Shown: positions 1-11,247 of the stretch, in pieces
How positions within the stretch are numbered: the stretch's first letter is position 1
How the letters are laid out: every line of letters starts with the position of its first letter
DNA from: Balamuthia mandrillaris
Lineage: Eukaryota
Assembly: GCA_031835245.2 (NCBI GenBank)
Contig: JAVKOQ020000057.1
Coordinates: forward strand, 124,001 to 188,000
Reading direction: 5' to 3'
DNA length: 64,000 nucleotides
Notes under the pieces: generated by a model
What the model saw: only the letters and a program-made list of their open reading frames with translations
Told to the model about the DNA's origin: nothing
Databases searched by the model: none
Program-made: the position numbers and the translations under genes

Positions 1-1435
1 TGGATATGATTAGAGAACAAGGAAAGTGGGAGAACAGAGCAAGAAAAGACAAGACCATATATTGGTCTGGTGCTGACGTGCCAAACGGAGATAGGATTGT
101 AACGAGAGAGCTGGTGACGGATGAAGAACTCTCCTTCTTCTTGTTTGACCGACTATAAACAATTACAAGAAACATGTCAGCTCTTAAAAGAAACGCTAAC
201 AACGAAGGAAACGTAGAAACAAACAGAAAAACTGCAAGGAACAAAAAAAAACTGAGAGAGAGAGAGAGAGAAAAAACCTGAGAAGAAGTAGGAGAAGAAG
301 AAAGAGGAGGATGCCACTGAAGCAAAGAAACATTGTCAGCCTCCTCTCTCTTCTTGTCGAGCAAGAACAAGTCCCCACCAGCCACCGCCACAAAGTGGTG
401 CGAGGAATGGGGCAGCCACTTCACCAGCTTCACTGTCTCGTCTATCATGTTCTTCTGGTTGAAGAGGTGAGCAGCAGACTTTTTCTTTGTGGTTGGGCTG
501 TTTGTTGTCGGTGTTGTTGTCGCCGTAACAAAAGGCAAACTTTTGAGGTAAATGACGTTGTTGGAGGAAGAAGAAGAAGAAGAGGAAGAAGAAGCGGAAG
601 AGGTTGGTCTGGTGCAAGCGAGAAGCTCCAAGCGGTTGCGACCGACACGAACGTCATAGCTGACAACGGAGCTCGCGCTGAACACACTTCTCATAGGTTT
701 TATCGGCGTTGCTGGTGCACGTGACGAAGAAGAAGAAGAAGCAGTTTGTTGCGGTTGCTGGCGTGAAGAGGCGGACAGATCGTACGGATAGAACAGAAGA
801 GCGTCGTACGTATTGAAGCTAAAAAGAAAAGGAGTCGAAGCAGAAGAAGAAGAAGAAGAAGAAGCAGCAGCAGCAGCAGCAACTTCTTGTCTGTCTGTTC
901 CTTCCTCTGATGGTCGCAGAGAAGCACTTGAGCTTGTTATTTTTTGAGGAGAAGAAAGAGGAGAGAAGGAAGGAGGAGAGAACGGAGGAGGGGAGGAAAG
1001 CGGAGAGAATGAAGGAGGGGAGGAAAAAGGAGAGAAAGAAGGAGGAGAGAAAGAACGCTGCGGAAAGAGCAGCGGCAGCGTTTTCGAAGATGATGAAGAA
1101 GTCGAGGAAGCGGAAGCAGCGGCGGAATCAGAGGAGCAAGTAGGGTGAGGAAAAAACAGGATCGTGGAAGACTCTTGTGGAGGAGGTCTTCTACTGCCAG
1201 GCAAAAAGGAAGCAGCGGAGGCGGACGCGCTTTTGATGGAAGAAGAAGAAGAACTCTCCCCTCCGTTTTCTAAATTGGTTTTGGGCGAGGGCGAAGTGGA
1301 AGCAGAAGAAGAAGAAGAACATTGATTCCGCGTGAGGTAGCGGTACTCGCCATCGGAAACGAGGGTGTAGACCCCCTCCGGCGCTTTGAAGGTGGGGCGG
1401 ATGGCTTGTAGCGTGCTGTCGCTTCTTCCTCGCAT
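1..1435 (-). CDS. WDR20/DMWD/CreC-like WD40 protein, 3' part runs off the window start
   Basis: Not in the ORF track. Manual translation from ATG 1435 gives MRGRSDSTLQAIRPTFKAPEGVYTLVSDG, resembling the WDR20-family N-terminal F-x-(T/A)-(R/P)-EG-x-Y-x-L motif. Ser-rich inserts follow, then propeller-like segments (VVSYDVRVGRNRLELLACT, VKLVKWLPHSSHHFVAVAGGDLFLLDK). Confidence 0.6.
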   Translation of the reverse strand, partial: MRGRSDSTLQAIRPTFKAPEGVYTLVSDGEYRYLTRNQCSSSSSASTSPSPKTNLENGGESSSSSSIKSASASAASFLPGSRRPPPQESSTILFFPHPTCSSDSAAASASSTSSSSSKTLPLLFPQRSFSPPSFSPFSSPPSFSPLSSPPPFSPPSFSPLSSPQKITSSSASLRPSEEGTDRQEVAAAAAASSSSSSSASTPFLFSFNTYDALLFYPYDLSASSRQQPQQTASSSSSSRAPATPIKPMRSVFSASSVVSYDVRVGRNRLELLACTRPTSSASSSSSSSSSSNNVIYLKSLPFVTATTTPTTNSPTTKKKSAAHLFNQKNMIDETVKLVKWLPHSSHHFVAVAGGDLFLLDKKREEADNVSLLQWHPPLSSSPTSSQVFSLSLSLSFFLFLAVFLFVSTFPSLLAFLLRADMFLVIVYSRSNKKKESSSSVTSSLVTILSPFGTSAPDQYMVLSFLALFSHFPCSLIIS

Positions 1436-1763
1436 CCGTCCTTTCATCTTCTTTGCTACTTTTTTGTTCGTTCAAAATAATCCATGACGACATGAAAAAA
1501 TGTTTAACTATCTCCTGTCCTGGCTCTTATCCTCTCCTTTGTCTTCCTCACCTGTCCTGGCTTCTGTCCTAGCTCCTAGCTGTCGACAACATTTAAGGCT
1601 TTAAATGTCGTGTCGTCCCGAAATTAAGCGTGAGAGGCAGAAAGAGGTGGGTTTTTGCGGGATTCTCTGCTAAAATCAGCTTCAACGCTGCTTTGCGTGA
1701 GTTTCCCTGCTACTGTTGCAAGTTTATTTTTTCAACTTTTCTATCGACAAACACGAACGAAAG

Positions 1764-2288
1764 ATGCGCGACCGCAAAGCCTACGATCGAGAGCGCTACC
1801 TTCAAAAGAAAAAAGAGAGGGAGGAGAAGAAAGCAGAGGAAAGGCGCCTGCAAGAGGCGAAGGAAATTCGACGGAAGAGGGCGGCTGAGGCTCAACGGCG
1901 GTATCAAGCTAGAAAAAAAGTAGAACGCGAGAAAGAAAAAGAACAAGAATCAAAGAAAGAAGCAGAGGCTCTGCGAAAAAAGCGGCTTCGACAGGAGCAA
2001 AACAAACGCTACTACGCAAAGAAGAAGCGAGCTAAGTTGGTTGCACACCAGACCCAAGGTACCTCCACACTCTCATTGTTCTCCTCAGCCCTTGCTTATG
2101 CATCTGCTGATCTCCTTGATAGTCTTCGCGCCCACCTCCTCGCCGTCCTCTTCACTGACCCCTTTGCCGACCTCTTTGCTGACCTCCATGCCATCCTCCT
2201 TGCCGACCTCTTCGCCGACCTCCTTGCCGACCTCTTCGCCGACCTCCTTGCCGACCTCTTCGCTGACCGACCAAATAAGCCCCCGTAA
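1764..2288 (+). CDS. Hypothetical K/R/E-rich coiled-coil protein with C-terminal LFADLLAD repeats
   Basis: Intronless ORF from ATG 1764 (MRDRKAYDRERYLQKKKERE...) ending in a 12-bp tandem repeat. Confidence 0.4.
   Translation: MRDRKAYDRERYLQKKKEREEKKAEERRLQEAKEIRRKRAAEAQRRYQARKKVEREKEKEQESKKEAEALRKKRLRQEQNKRYYAKKKRAKLVAHQTQGTSTLSLFSSALAYASADLLDSLRAHLLAVLFTDPFADLFADLHAILLADLFADLLADLFADLLADLFADRPNKPP
2134..2270. repeat. Degenerate 12-bp tandem repeat (GCCGACCTCYTY)n
   Basis: Directly visible: gccgacctcttc gccgacctcctt gccgacctcttc ... Confidence 0.9.
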
Positions 2289-2315
2289 GGAGGAAACCCT
2301 CTCTGTGGCACAGCA

Positions 2316-3801
2316 ATGAGCGGAGACGCAACCACCACCATCTGCCATCTGCCCCATGAGCTGCTCTGCTACATCCTCAACGAGCTGCTCCCGGAGGGTT
2401 TGGCTGGCCTTGTGGCCCAAGTGTGCCGTCGCTGGCGAGAGTGCGTCCCGCCCGACAAAAGAAACCTCTTGGCCGCCAGAACCATTCTCGCCCTCACCAG
2501 CACCATCAAGTAGTTCGAAGGCGACGAACAAGAAAACGCTCTTCTCTGGAAGTGGGCAACGGAACGTGGTTTGTTGAGGACCTCGAAGAAGCTCTTCGTG
2601 ATCGCTGCCGCCACAGGTCGCCTGGACGTCCTCCATGCCCTTACCCCGAGCCATCAACCCTGGTATCAGTTGGAACCCCCTCGCTACACAGCGGCAACAA
2701 AGGAGGCAGCCAAAGGGGGTCACCTTCACGTCCTGCAGTGGCTCTTCCAACGCGCGCAAAGCTGGCAACGAACAGGCTTTGTCAAGGATACATGTCACGC
2801 TGCGGCCATCGCTGGCCACACCCACATCCTCAAATGGGTGGCCCACACGCCCCTGCTCCATGGGCCTGGTGACGCACTAAGCGGCCAAATCGTTGAAGCA
2901 GCGGCTCTTGGAGGCCAGTTGGAAACACTCAAGTGGATGAAGGAAGAAATAGATAAAGAGGCAGCCAAAGAAGAAACAGGAAGAGAGCAACTTGAATATT
3001 ATACTGAATGTGTGTTTCGTGCAGCTGCTGCCGGAGGACACCTTCACTTGCTTCGTTGGGTAGTAACGGAGCTAGGCTTTGCTCCCAAAGGAGATCCATA
3101 CATCTACTACCGGGCAGCCAGCGGAGGAAGACTAGATGTGCTACAGTGGTTGCACGACGACTTGGGCATTCACTATGACGGTTCCAAGTATGCTTGCTAC
3201 CAGGCTGCCACAGCGGGTCACTTGGACGCTTTGCGATGGCTGCTGGTGCGTGGGGGTAAGTTGGATGAGACTCTGTCTGCCTTCGCTGCCAAAGCAGGCC
3301 ATCTGCGTGTACTACAATGGCTGTTCGAGCAGGGCTGCCCCTGGAATGACTCTGCGGTAGGAGACGTGGTAGGTAGAGGACACACTGACGTGCTACGTTG
3401 GTTGTACCAGCGACAAGGAGGAGAGGCCCTGGCTAAAGCCGACAGCTCCGCCAGCCTTTGTACAAGGGCTGCAAGCAATGGCCAGCTGGAGACTCTCAAG
3501 TTCCTTCGTCTGGAGGTACAGCCGCAGTGTGCGTGGGGCGTCGAGACCAGCAGAGCTGTCGTTGCGTGTCCTCGAGTTGCCAACAAAAAAAGCCATGGCT
3601 TTGCTCCGTTGGATGCGTGAGGAGGCCGACCCCCCTTGTCCTTGGGATGAGAGGACCAGCCAGGAGGCGGTCCAAAAAGAAAGGTGGAAGCTGTTACGGT
3701 GGATGTGTTGGGAGGCACAGCCACCATGTCCGGCCAGCCAGAGGACTTTGCGAAGACTGCGTATTCATGAGAAAGAGAAGGGTGCTGCAAGGAATGTGTG
3801 A
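2316..3801 (+). pseudogene. F-box plus giant-virus-type ankyrin-repeat gene with an in-frame stop and a frameshift
   Basis: F-box (ICHLPHELLCYIL...VCRRWREC) is in the same frame as AAxxGHLxxLxW / GCPW repeats. TAG at 2511-2513 interrupts it, and a frameshift at the A-run near 3585 leads to the PCPWDERTSQEAV tail. No introns. Confidence 0.75.
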
Positions 3802-3847
3802 TCGGTTATTTTAAAAAAAGAACAAACAAACAAAACAAACAACAGGG

Positions 3848-4923
3848 TCACCCAGTAAAGTATTCCATCCTTCCAGCAAACTCACGGATTTGGTCGGTTG
3901 CAGGACCGTCAAAGGCTTGAGAGCTGGGGTAGTAGAAGCCTGCACACAAGGAAAGATGAGGTCCTGCCAGCACAACGTCCCCAACTTTGTTCTTTGGGTT
4001 TGTCTCGATGTAAGATATTCCGCGTGTACAGCTGGTGTGGATGTAGAGCGCTGTGGTGCTGCCGTTGGCGAGTTTTATGTTGAGCGGTTGAGGAAAGGTC
4101 AGACACTCGGTGCCTCTCTCTGAGGAGAAGCTCACCGGTTTCTCTATGGTCATCAAAGGTTGGTGAAAAAGAAAGCAGGGAAGAAACGACGTGATAAGAG
4201 ACGAACCAAAGACAGGAACCCAGCCTTTCTCCGAACTCTCGTGGCGCTGTAGTCCCTCTGGGTGATAGTATACTTGCACACGAAGCGGCTGGGACCAGTA
4301 GGTCTTTGTGAAGAAGGAAAGGCGGGTCAGGGTCACGTCGGCATGGGCTATGATGTCGAAGGCCAGGCCGTAATGGTCTCTATCCTTGTGGGCCTTTTCG
4401 TTGATGCTGATGTGTTTCATGTAGAAGGTCTTGCAAGGCGAAGAACAGAAACGAGATTAGAATAACAAAGAAACGAGAACCACGAAAGCGAAAGAGAAAT
4501 ACGAAGAGGAGAGGACAAAAACCTGAACGAGAAGAGAGGGTTAGGAAGAGAATGACGGAAGAGGAGAGCTAGCCAAAAACACGGTAACCAAACCTGCAAA
4601 AAAGCCTTCTTCCAGGGAGCAGAAGGCTCATAATGTAATCCCTTCTCAAGAGAAATCCCAGCCTCGCTCAACAACTGCGGAAAGAGGGATGAGGAAGGGC
4701 ATGGTGGCGCTGCTGTCTCTTCCCCTTCTTCCTGTTGGGGCTCCTCCTTGGCAACCACCCGCTCGTTCCACCACTTCTCAAAGCAGCGGTACCAAAAGGC
4801 GGGATCTTGGCTGGCGTTCTGCCAGGACTGGCATACAAGGCCGCAAGACGTGGCCACTTGCTTGGGCGGCAGCAACTCAAACACCAGCTGCAGCACCTCC
4901 GACGGCACTTGCTGGATGGACAT
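3848..4923 (-). CDS. F-box protein (at least 2 exons)
   Basis: MSIQQVPSEVLQLVFELLPPKQVATSCGLVCQSWQNASQDPAFW is an F-box; a second exon at about 3848-4420 encodes a globular C-terminal domain. Confidence 0.8.
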
Positions 4924-4992
4924 TCTGGTTCCTGCTTCTTTCAAGCTTTTTTTCGGCTGCTAGCCATCATGACGACGCGCAAAATACTTCAC

Positions 4993-5028
<36 letters not shown>

Positions 5029-5033
5029 ACAGG

Positions 5034-5074
<41 letters not shown>

Positions 5075-5225
5075 AACGCCTCGAATACCAAGTGAAGGAG
5101 TACCTCCAAAGGAACATGAGAGACGAGGAGAGAGAAAAGGACTGCACCGTGTTTGTTTTTTTGCTTTTTCTTTTTTTGTGTGTGTGTGTGTGTGTGTATT
5201 ATGTTTTTTGCGGAACAACTGCTTT

Positions 5226-7014
5226 TTACTCAGGGTTGGAGGAAGAAGAGGAAGGAGTGCTGCTCGTTGGGGAAGGCGTTAGCGACAGGGCGGAAGAGGG
5301 TGGAACGTACAGGTCATCCCCGCCAGAAAGCGAAAGATTCTCCATGCCAGTTGTTGCCAACTCTTCCGCTCCGCCTCCTTCCATCAGCAGGGGGGAGGAG
5401 GATGAGGAGGAAACGTCAGAGTCTTTGCGGAAAAGGTCAGAAAGAGAGGAATACGATGAAGCAGCAGAGGAGGACGCAGAGGCCAAAGAACGAGGAATAG
5501 AGGAAGCAAAAGTGGGTGAAGTTGAGTCAGTGTTGTTTGTTGTGGTTGAAGCGTCCGACGTTGAAGAAGAAGATTCGTTCTTGCTTCTGTATTCAAAGGT
5601 TGTGTTCAGTTTGTATAGGAGGTGGTTGCCAAAGCCGACGGGCTCGTAGGCGCGCGGCCGCTCTTGTGTGATGCACGCCGGAAGGGGTTCTACCAGCGTC
5701 TCAAAATTGGGCTCGAAGAAGAATGGAATGGAGTATCTTTTGTTTGTTGGTCAGAAAGAGAAAAAACAAACAAACAAACAAACAAACAAACAAACAAACA
5801 AACAAACAAACAAACAAACAAACAAACAAACAAACAAACAAACAAACAAACAAACAAACAAACAAACAAACGTACCTGTCTTTGCCTGAGATATTGACGA
5901 CACGATGGGGAGTGGCCTTATAGATGCCATTCGTCCATCGCTCCATCATGTCTCCCAAGTTCACCAAAAGCGAGTTCTTGATGGGAGTAGCGTTGACCCA
6001 CTCACCAGCCCTATTCATGACCTGCAATCCCTCAGCATCCTGGCTGAGGATGGTAACGCAGCCATAGTCGGTGTGGACACCGCAACCGATTTGGTTGGGG
6101 TTGAAGTCGTGCGCTTGTGGGTTTTGTGGAGGATAGTGTAATAAACGCAGCAAGGACATTCCTGGTGTGAACTGTAACAGAGAGAGAGAGAGAGAGAGAG
6201 AACAGAAAGGATAATATGAGTGAAAGACGAACGAGAGAGGAAGGAAACAAAGCAAAGACAAACCATATCATGAAAGTAAAACTCGTTATCGAGACTAAGA
6301 TCAATGGCAAAGGCATGGAGTAACGTCTTGCCCAGTGCCTCTATTTCCCTAAAGTACTCCTCCATTACTTCCTTGAAGCCCTCCATACGCTCGGGCCATT
6401 GGTTCTTGCCGTGAAGGGGCTTGAATTGCCCTTTCTCATCGGCTTCGTCGTCGTGGCCAATGTCTATGCCTTCTTTTAGGTCTCCTCCACCAGCCTCGCG
6501 GGTGGAGACGTCGGTGATCTCTTCCATGTAGGAGAAGTAGCCACGGTGGATGTCCGGGTGGTTCTTCATGGCTACCTTCTGTTTCTCTGCTGGGTCAAGC
6601 TCGAAGAAGAGCTTGGTCTGCTCGTAGACGCGCTCCTACACCGTATATATAGTTTGTGTTTGGACGGATTACAGTGAGCTCACAAAGCACAACACAGAGT
6701 AACAAAGGCATGGAAAAGAAGAAAAGGGAAGAATAGAGAATCCAAAAGTGGAGCAAATAAAGTGGAAAAAAAAATCAAAACGTAACATCTATAAAGTGGT
6801 GCAAAAAAAATAGAGAAAAAAAACGGAACCATACCAAAAGTTCTTTGGACAATCTGTGGCCCTTGATGTAAAAGAAACCCACGTTGCGACACGCATCACC
6901 GATCTCCTTGGCTGCCTTCCTGCTCTTCTCAATATTGCCCTGGTACATAGGCTCCAGGTCGATGACCGGAATGGCCTCGAAAGCACCCCGTTGGGCGTCC
7001 TCTTGTTTATCCAT
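5226..7014 (-). CDS. 2-oxoglutarate/Fe(II) dioxygenase (IPNS-like, DIOX_N + 2OG-FeII_Oxy) with Ser-rich tail
   Basis: IPVIDL...ACRNVGFFYIKGH; DLKEG; GKNQWP; LLRLLHYPP; HTDYGCVTIL; VNLGDMMERWTNGIYKATPHRV; RYSIPFFFEPN. Confidence 0.93.
5764..5871. repeat. (AAAC)n microsatellite in an intron
   Basis: Perfect tetranucleotide array. Confidence 0.97.
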
Positions 7015-7125
7015 CCTGTGGCTTCTTCACACAACACCAAAAAAAAAAAAAAATAAAGCAAAGCCTTGGTCTACTGTTTTTTTTTTTTTGCTAATCCACT
7101 GAGTCGAAGCACCACAGAACCCAAA

Positions 7126-7156
<31 letters not shown>

Positions 7157-7614
7157 GATACAATAGACTCCGCACTACACAAATCGTAGCAAGAAGGGCA
7201 GGACTTCTCGAAGAAACCAAAAAAAAGCGGTTAAATGTTTTTTTTTTTTTTCGAATTCTTCGCTTATTTAGGTTAGGGTTTTTTTGGAACTGGGTGAAAT
7301 TCGAATTGCTAGGGTTTTGGGGGACTTTTCGGTTATCGGCAGAGAATTTAAAACTCGAGGGGTGATGCCGTTAATTAACCTCACCCAGAATTTCGTTGAC
7401 ATTTCAACCTGTTTTTCCTTTGCAGAGATATTAAGAATATTTTTCCGAAATTCCGTTGGAAATTAGTGCACCAACAAGGTGAAAGTGAAAAAAAAAAACG
7501 AAAGTGTAGCGAAGAAGAAGGAGACACGCAACACAACAAACAGCACGACACGACGCAAACGGTGGCCGAGTAACGACGACAACGACAAACAGACCAGCTC
7601 CCCCAACTTAAGCG

Positions 7615-8680
7615 ATGGGAAAGGACTATTATAAGATACTGGGAGTGGCCCGCTCCGCTACGGAGGAGGAGCTGAAGAAGGCCTACCGCAAGCAAGCCCT
7701 CAAATGGCACCCTGACAGAAACCAGGACAACAAAGCCAAAGCGGAGGAGATGTTCAAGGAGGTCAGCGAGGCCTACGAGGTGCTCAGCGACCCAAAGAAG
7801 AAGGAAATCTACGACCGTTACGGCGAGGAAGGGCTGAAAGGAGGGATGGGCGGCCCTGACGGCGGGGGCTTCGGCGGAGGCACCTCCTTCCACTTCACCC
7901 CTGGCCGTGCCGAAGACATCTTTGCCCAATTCTTTGGCAGCATGGGGGGAGGAGGCATGGGTGGCTTCAGCATGTTTGGCGACTTTGATGACTTGGGTGG
8001 CTTGGGCGGAGGCATGGGTGGCATGGGCGGTATGGGAGGCAGAAGGAGGGGCGCTGGCAGGCCCAAGAAGGAGCGTGCCATTGAAAAGGACTTTAACTGC
8101 AGCCTGGAGGAGCTCCTTACTGGCTGCACTAAACGCATGAAGATCACCAAATCCATTCAGAGCGACAGTGGGCAGGTGAGGCAGGAGGAGAAGATCCTGG
8201 AGATCCAGGTGAAGCCTGGGTGGAAGGCTGGTACCAAGATAACGTTCCCCGAGGAGGGAGACCAACGACCTGGCGTAGTTCCCGCCGACATCATCTTCAG
8301 GCTTCAAGAAAAGCCTCACCCCGTTTTCAGAAGGGATGGCATGAACCTCATCTACACAGCTGACATATCGTTGAAGGAAGCTCTGACAGGGTGCGAACTG
8401 GTCATACCGAGTTTGGATGGACGGCAGTTGAGGTTGCCCGTTCGAGAGGTCATTACTCCCTCCACAAAGAAGGTTCGTGTTCCATCTTTCTTGTAACTTT
8501 GTTGTTTCCTGGGACCGCTTTCTGACCGTGCTTTTGTGTGTGTTTTAGTTCATCCCCAACGAAGGCTTGCCCGATCAGAAACGCCCCTCACAGCGGGGTC
8601 AAATCGTGGTGGAGTTTCGAGTGCGGTTCCCTTCTTCGCTAACGGAGGAGCAAAAAAGAAAGCTGAAGGAGATCTTGTAA
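7615..8680 (+). CDS. Class B J-domain co-chaperone (DNAJB1/4/Sis1-like)
   Basis: J domain with HPD, G/F region, C-terminal [12 protein letters not shown]. One intron at about 8474-8549; last exon FIPNEGLP...LKEIL*. Confidence 0.95.
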
Positions 8681-8764
8681 AAAAAAAAAAGGGGGGGCCG
8701 AAAGAATGCAGCAACCGGAAACAACAGAACCAAATCAAAAAAAAAAATTGTTGTGCGGATGAGA

Positions 8765-8869
8765 TGACGTCACCTATTTAAGTCGACAACCCGATTTCGG
8801 GTAAAAGATCATGTCGACACGCCTTTATAAGGAAAATGTTATACATTGTTGCAATTATTATTTGTCGAC
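8765..8869. promoter_or_regulatory. Cluster of TGACGTCA plus three GTCGAC sites upstream of the WH2 gene
   Basis: TGACGTCA at 8765; GTCGAC at 8782, 8813 and 8864. Confidence 0.5.
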
Positions 8870-9032
8870 CACTTCATTTTCGTCCGCCAAACGAAGAAAG
8901 ACACAATTTATTATTTGTTTTTTTGTTTGTTGTTTCTTTTCTTATTTTTTAAAAAAATAAGAGAGAGAGGAAAACAAATCTTTCTCTTTCTCAATACAGG
9001 TACGAAATGGCCTTCTTCTCCTCTTTCTTCTT

Positions 9033-9077
<45 letters not shown>

Positions 9078-9184
9078 TTTTTTCTTGTTCCTTTGTCGTT
9101 TGATTTCGCTACTCGTTTTTTTTTGTTTCTTTAGTTTGATTAGCTTACTTGCTGCACGAATAAAAAGAGTATCAACAACACAAC

Positions 9185-10270
9185 ATGTCTGAAGAGGAAG
9201 CTCAGACGATAGCCGAGACCGACGGCGGTGATGACGAACCGCAACAAGACACAGCCCAGGAAGAGGCAGAGGACTATGAAGATGACCTCAACCTGGAAGA
9301 GCGCGTGGTAGAGCTCGAGTCCCTTTTGGAGCTCGAACGGGAGAAAGTGGCCCTACTGGAGGCCAAGGTGGAGGAGCTGGAAGCCAAGCTGGCCGCTGCT
9401 ACGGCAGGCGGCGCCTCCCTGGACGGCCCTCCTCCTTTGCCGGTCGGTGGGGCTCCTCCTCCACCTCCTGGCGGTGCTCCTCCTCCACCTCCAGGTGGCG
9501 CTCCACCACCACCCCCTGGCGGAGGTCCTCCTCCTCCCCCAGGTGGTGGCGGTCCCCCTCCTCCACCCATCATGAAGGTCACAACCGCTGGTGGCGGTGG
9601 AGGTGGCGGCAGAGGCGCTCTCTTGGCTCAGATCAACGGCTTTGGCAAGGCCAAGCTCAAAAAGGCAGCCACCAACGACCGAAGCGATGCCAGAGCCGCT
9701 GCTGAGTCCTCCAAACCGGCTGCCGGTGGTGGAGGTGGCGGTGGCGGTGCTCCTAGCATTGCCATGATGGCTGCCATGCAGCGCAACAAACTCAACACAG
9801 TGACTGGTAAGAGGACAAAGTCCGGCAGGATCTCCCGAGAAGAGGCCGAGAAGAACAGGCAAGCCGCCAGTCCTGTCAACAGCCTTTTGGGTCAACTGAA
9901 GAAGACGCCCGGTCCAGCTGCTTCTTCTCAACCCTCCACAGAGTCAGACAGCTCCGCGCCCGCCATCGACTTTAGGAGCGGCTTGAAGAAGACCTCTCCT
10001 CCTCCTTCCTCTGGTACTTCTCCCGCTTCGGAGGACAGCGCTGCGGTGGACTTTAGAGGCGGTCTCAAGAAGGCCTCCCCTCCTCCCTCTCCGGCTTCTA
10101 ACGACTCTAACGATGGCGCCAGCCCGGCTGTGCTCAACTTCAAGGCCCAGCTGAAAACGCCGCAAGGGGGTGACCGTACGGCTTCTGGCAGGATGGCCAA
10201 GCCCAAGCAAGCCACCGGCGGTGCCGTCCAGAAAGACTTCCGCTCTGCTCTCAAAAAGACTGGGTCGTAA
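9185..10270 (+). CDS. Polyproline/WH2 actin-regulatory protein (WIP/verprolin-like) with DFRxxLKK repeats
   Basis: Coiled coil, (GGAPPPPP)n, WH2 RGALLAQINGFGKAKLKKAATNDRS, then IDFRSGLKKT, VDFRGGLKKA and KDFRSALKKT. Confidence 0.88.
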   Translation: MSEEEAQTIAETDGGDDEPQQDTAQEEAEDYEDDLNLEERVVELESLLELEREKVALLEAKVEELEAKLAAATAGGASLDGPPPLPVGGAPPPPPGGAPPPPPGGAPPPPPGGGPPPPPGGGGPPPPPIMKVTTAGGGGGGGRGALLAQINGFGKAKLKKAATNDRSDARAAAESSKPAAGGGGGGGGAPSIAMMAAMQRNKLNTVTGKRTKSGRISREEAEKNRQAASPVNSLLGQLKKTPGPAASSQPSTESDSSAPAIDFRSGLKKTSPPPSSGTSPASEDSAAVDFRGGLKKASPPPSPASNDSNDGASPAVLNFKAQLKTPQGGDRTASGRMAKPKQATGGAVQKDFRSALKKTGS

Positions 10271-10485
10271 TAATGTTTTTGTTGAAGAAAGAATGCCCTA
10301 TGCTTTTTGTGTTTTGTGTTTTCTTGTTCATTTTTTCTTTCTTTCTTTCATTTGGAAGAAACCAATAATTGGAAATATTTTCGAAAAACCAAAAAAAAGT
10401 ACAGAAATATTTGTGTATTTTGATAATTCTCGTTTGTTATCGCAATTTTTGTCGATATTTTTGGAGCATTGGGCAAGCTTGGGTG

Positions 10486-11084
10486 TCACAAAGCGTTCCA
10501 CTTGCTGTTGAGGCTTGCTGCTTTGTGTGGTTGTGCTTGTGGGTTGTACGCGTAGTTCTGAGGAGGCAGATGGGAAAGGGATGAGGAAGGGGTGAAGTTC
10601 ATGTTGTGTTGCTGTTGAAAGGCCCCGGTAACGGTGTGGAACGTAACCAACGGGGATACTTCTGTGCTGTAGTGGTTTCCTCGACGTAGGGGAGAGGAGT
10701 GGCGAGGAACTTGAATGACAACAGCTCTCGGACGATGAAACTGTTGACAGGCAAGCCCAACGCAGCAACAAAAGATTAGAAGCAGTCCTAGAGGGATAAA
10801 GACGATGAGGGCGATGGCTGCGATGACGCAGATTATCACCAGCGTGGCTACTTCGTCGTGGTGATCTTCTGACTGGTCATGGTCGTGACGGTGGTTGTTT
10901 TCATCGCCTTCCTTAGCGGAATCTATAGAGACTAAATGAAAAATATGAGGGCCACTGTGCCAACGGAATCAAAGGTTGGAGTAAGGAACGAGGAAAGAAG
11001 ACCTTCTGCATTGGTGACACATATAAGCCCAAATAGTAGCAGGGAAAACAACAACGCAGCGCACGGGGTTGTCGTTGTTTTCAT
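10486..11084 (-). CDS. Small single-pass membrane protein
   Basis: Signal-like MKTTTTPCAALLFSLLLFGLICVTNA, TM helix followed by CCC, Pro/Gln/Tyr-rich tail. Confidence 0.6.
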
Positions 11085-11247
11085 TCTTTTTCTCTCTTCT
11101 CTAACCAAAGGACGCCATCCAATCGAATATCAAAAATCGAAATGCCAAACCAACCGAAATTCAAAACGCCGATTATGTAAAGAATGTGAATATATTTCAT
11201 ACCTTGCATTCCTTTCATGACTGTGACGAAAAGAAAAGAGAGAAGAG

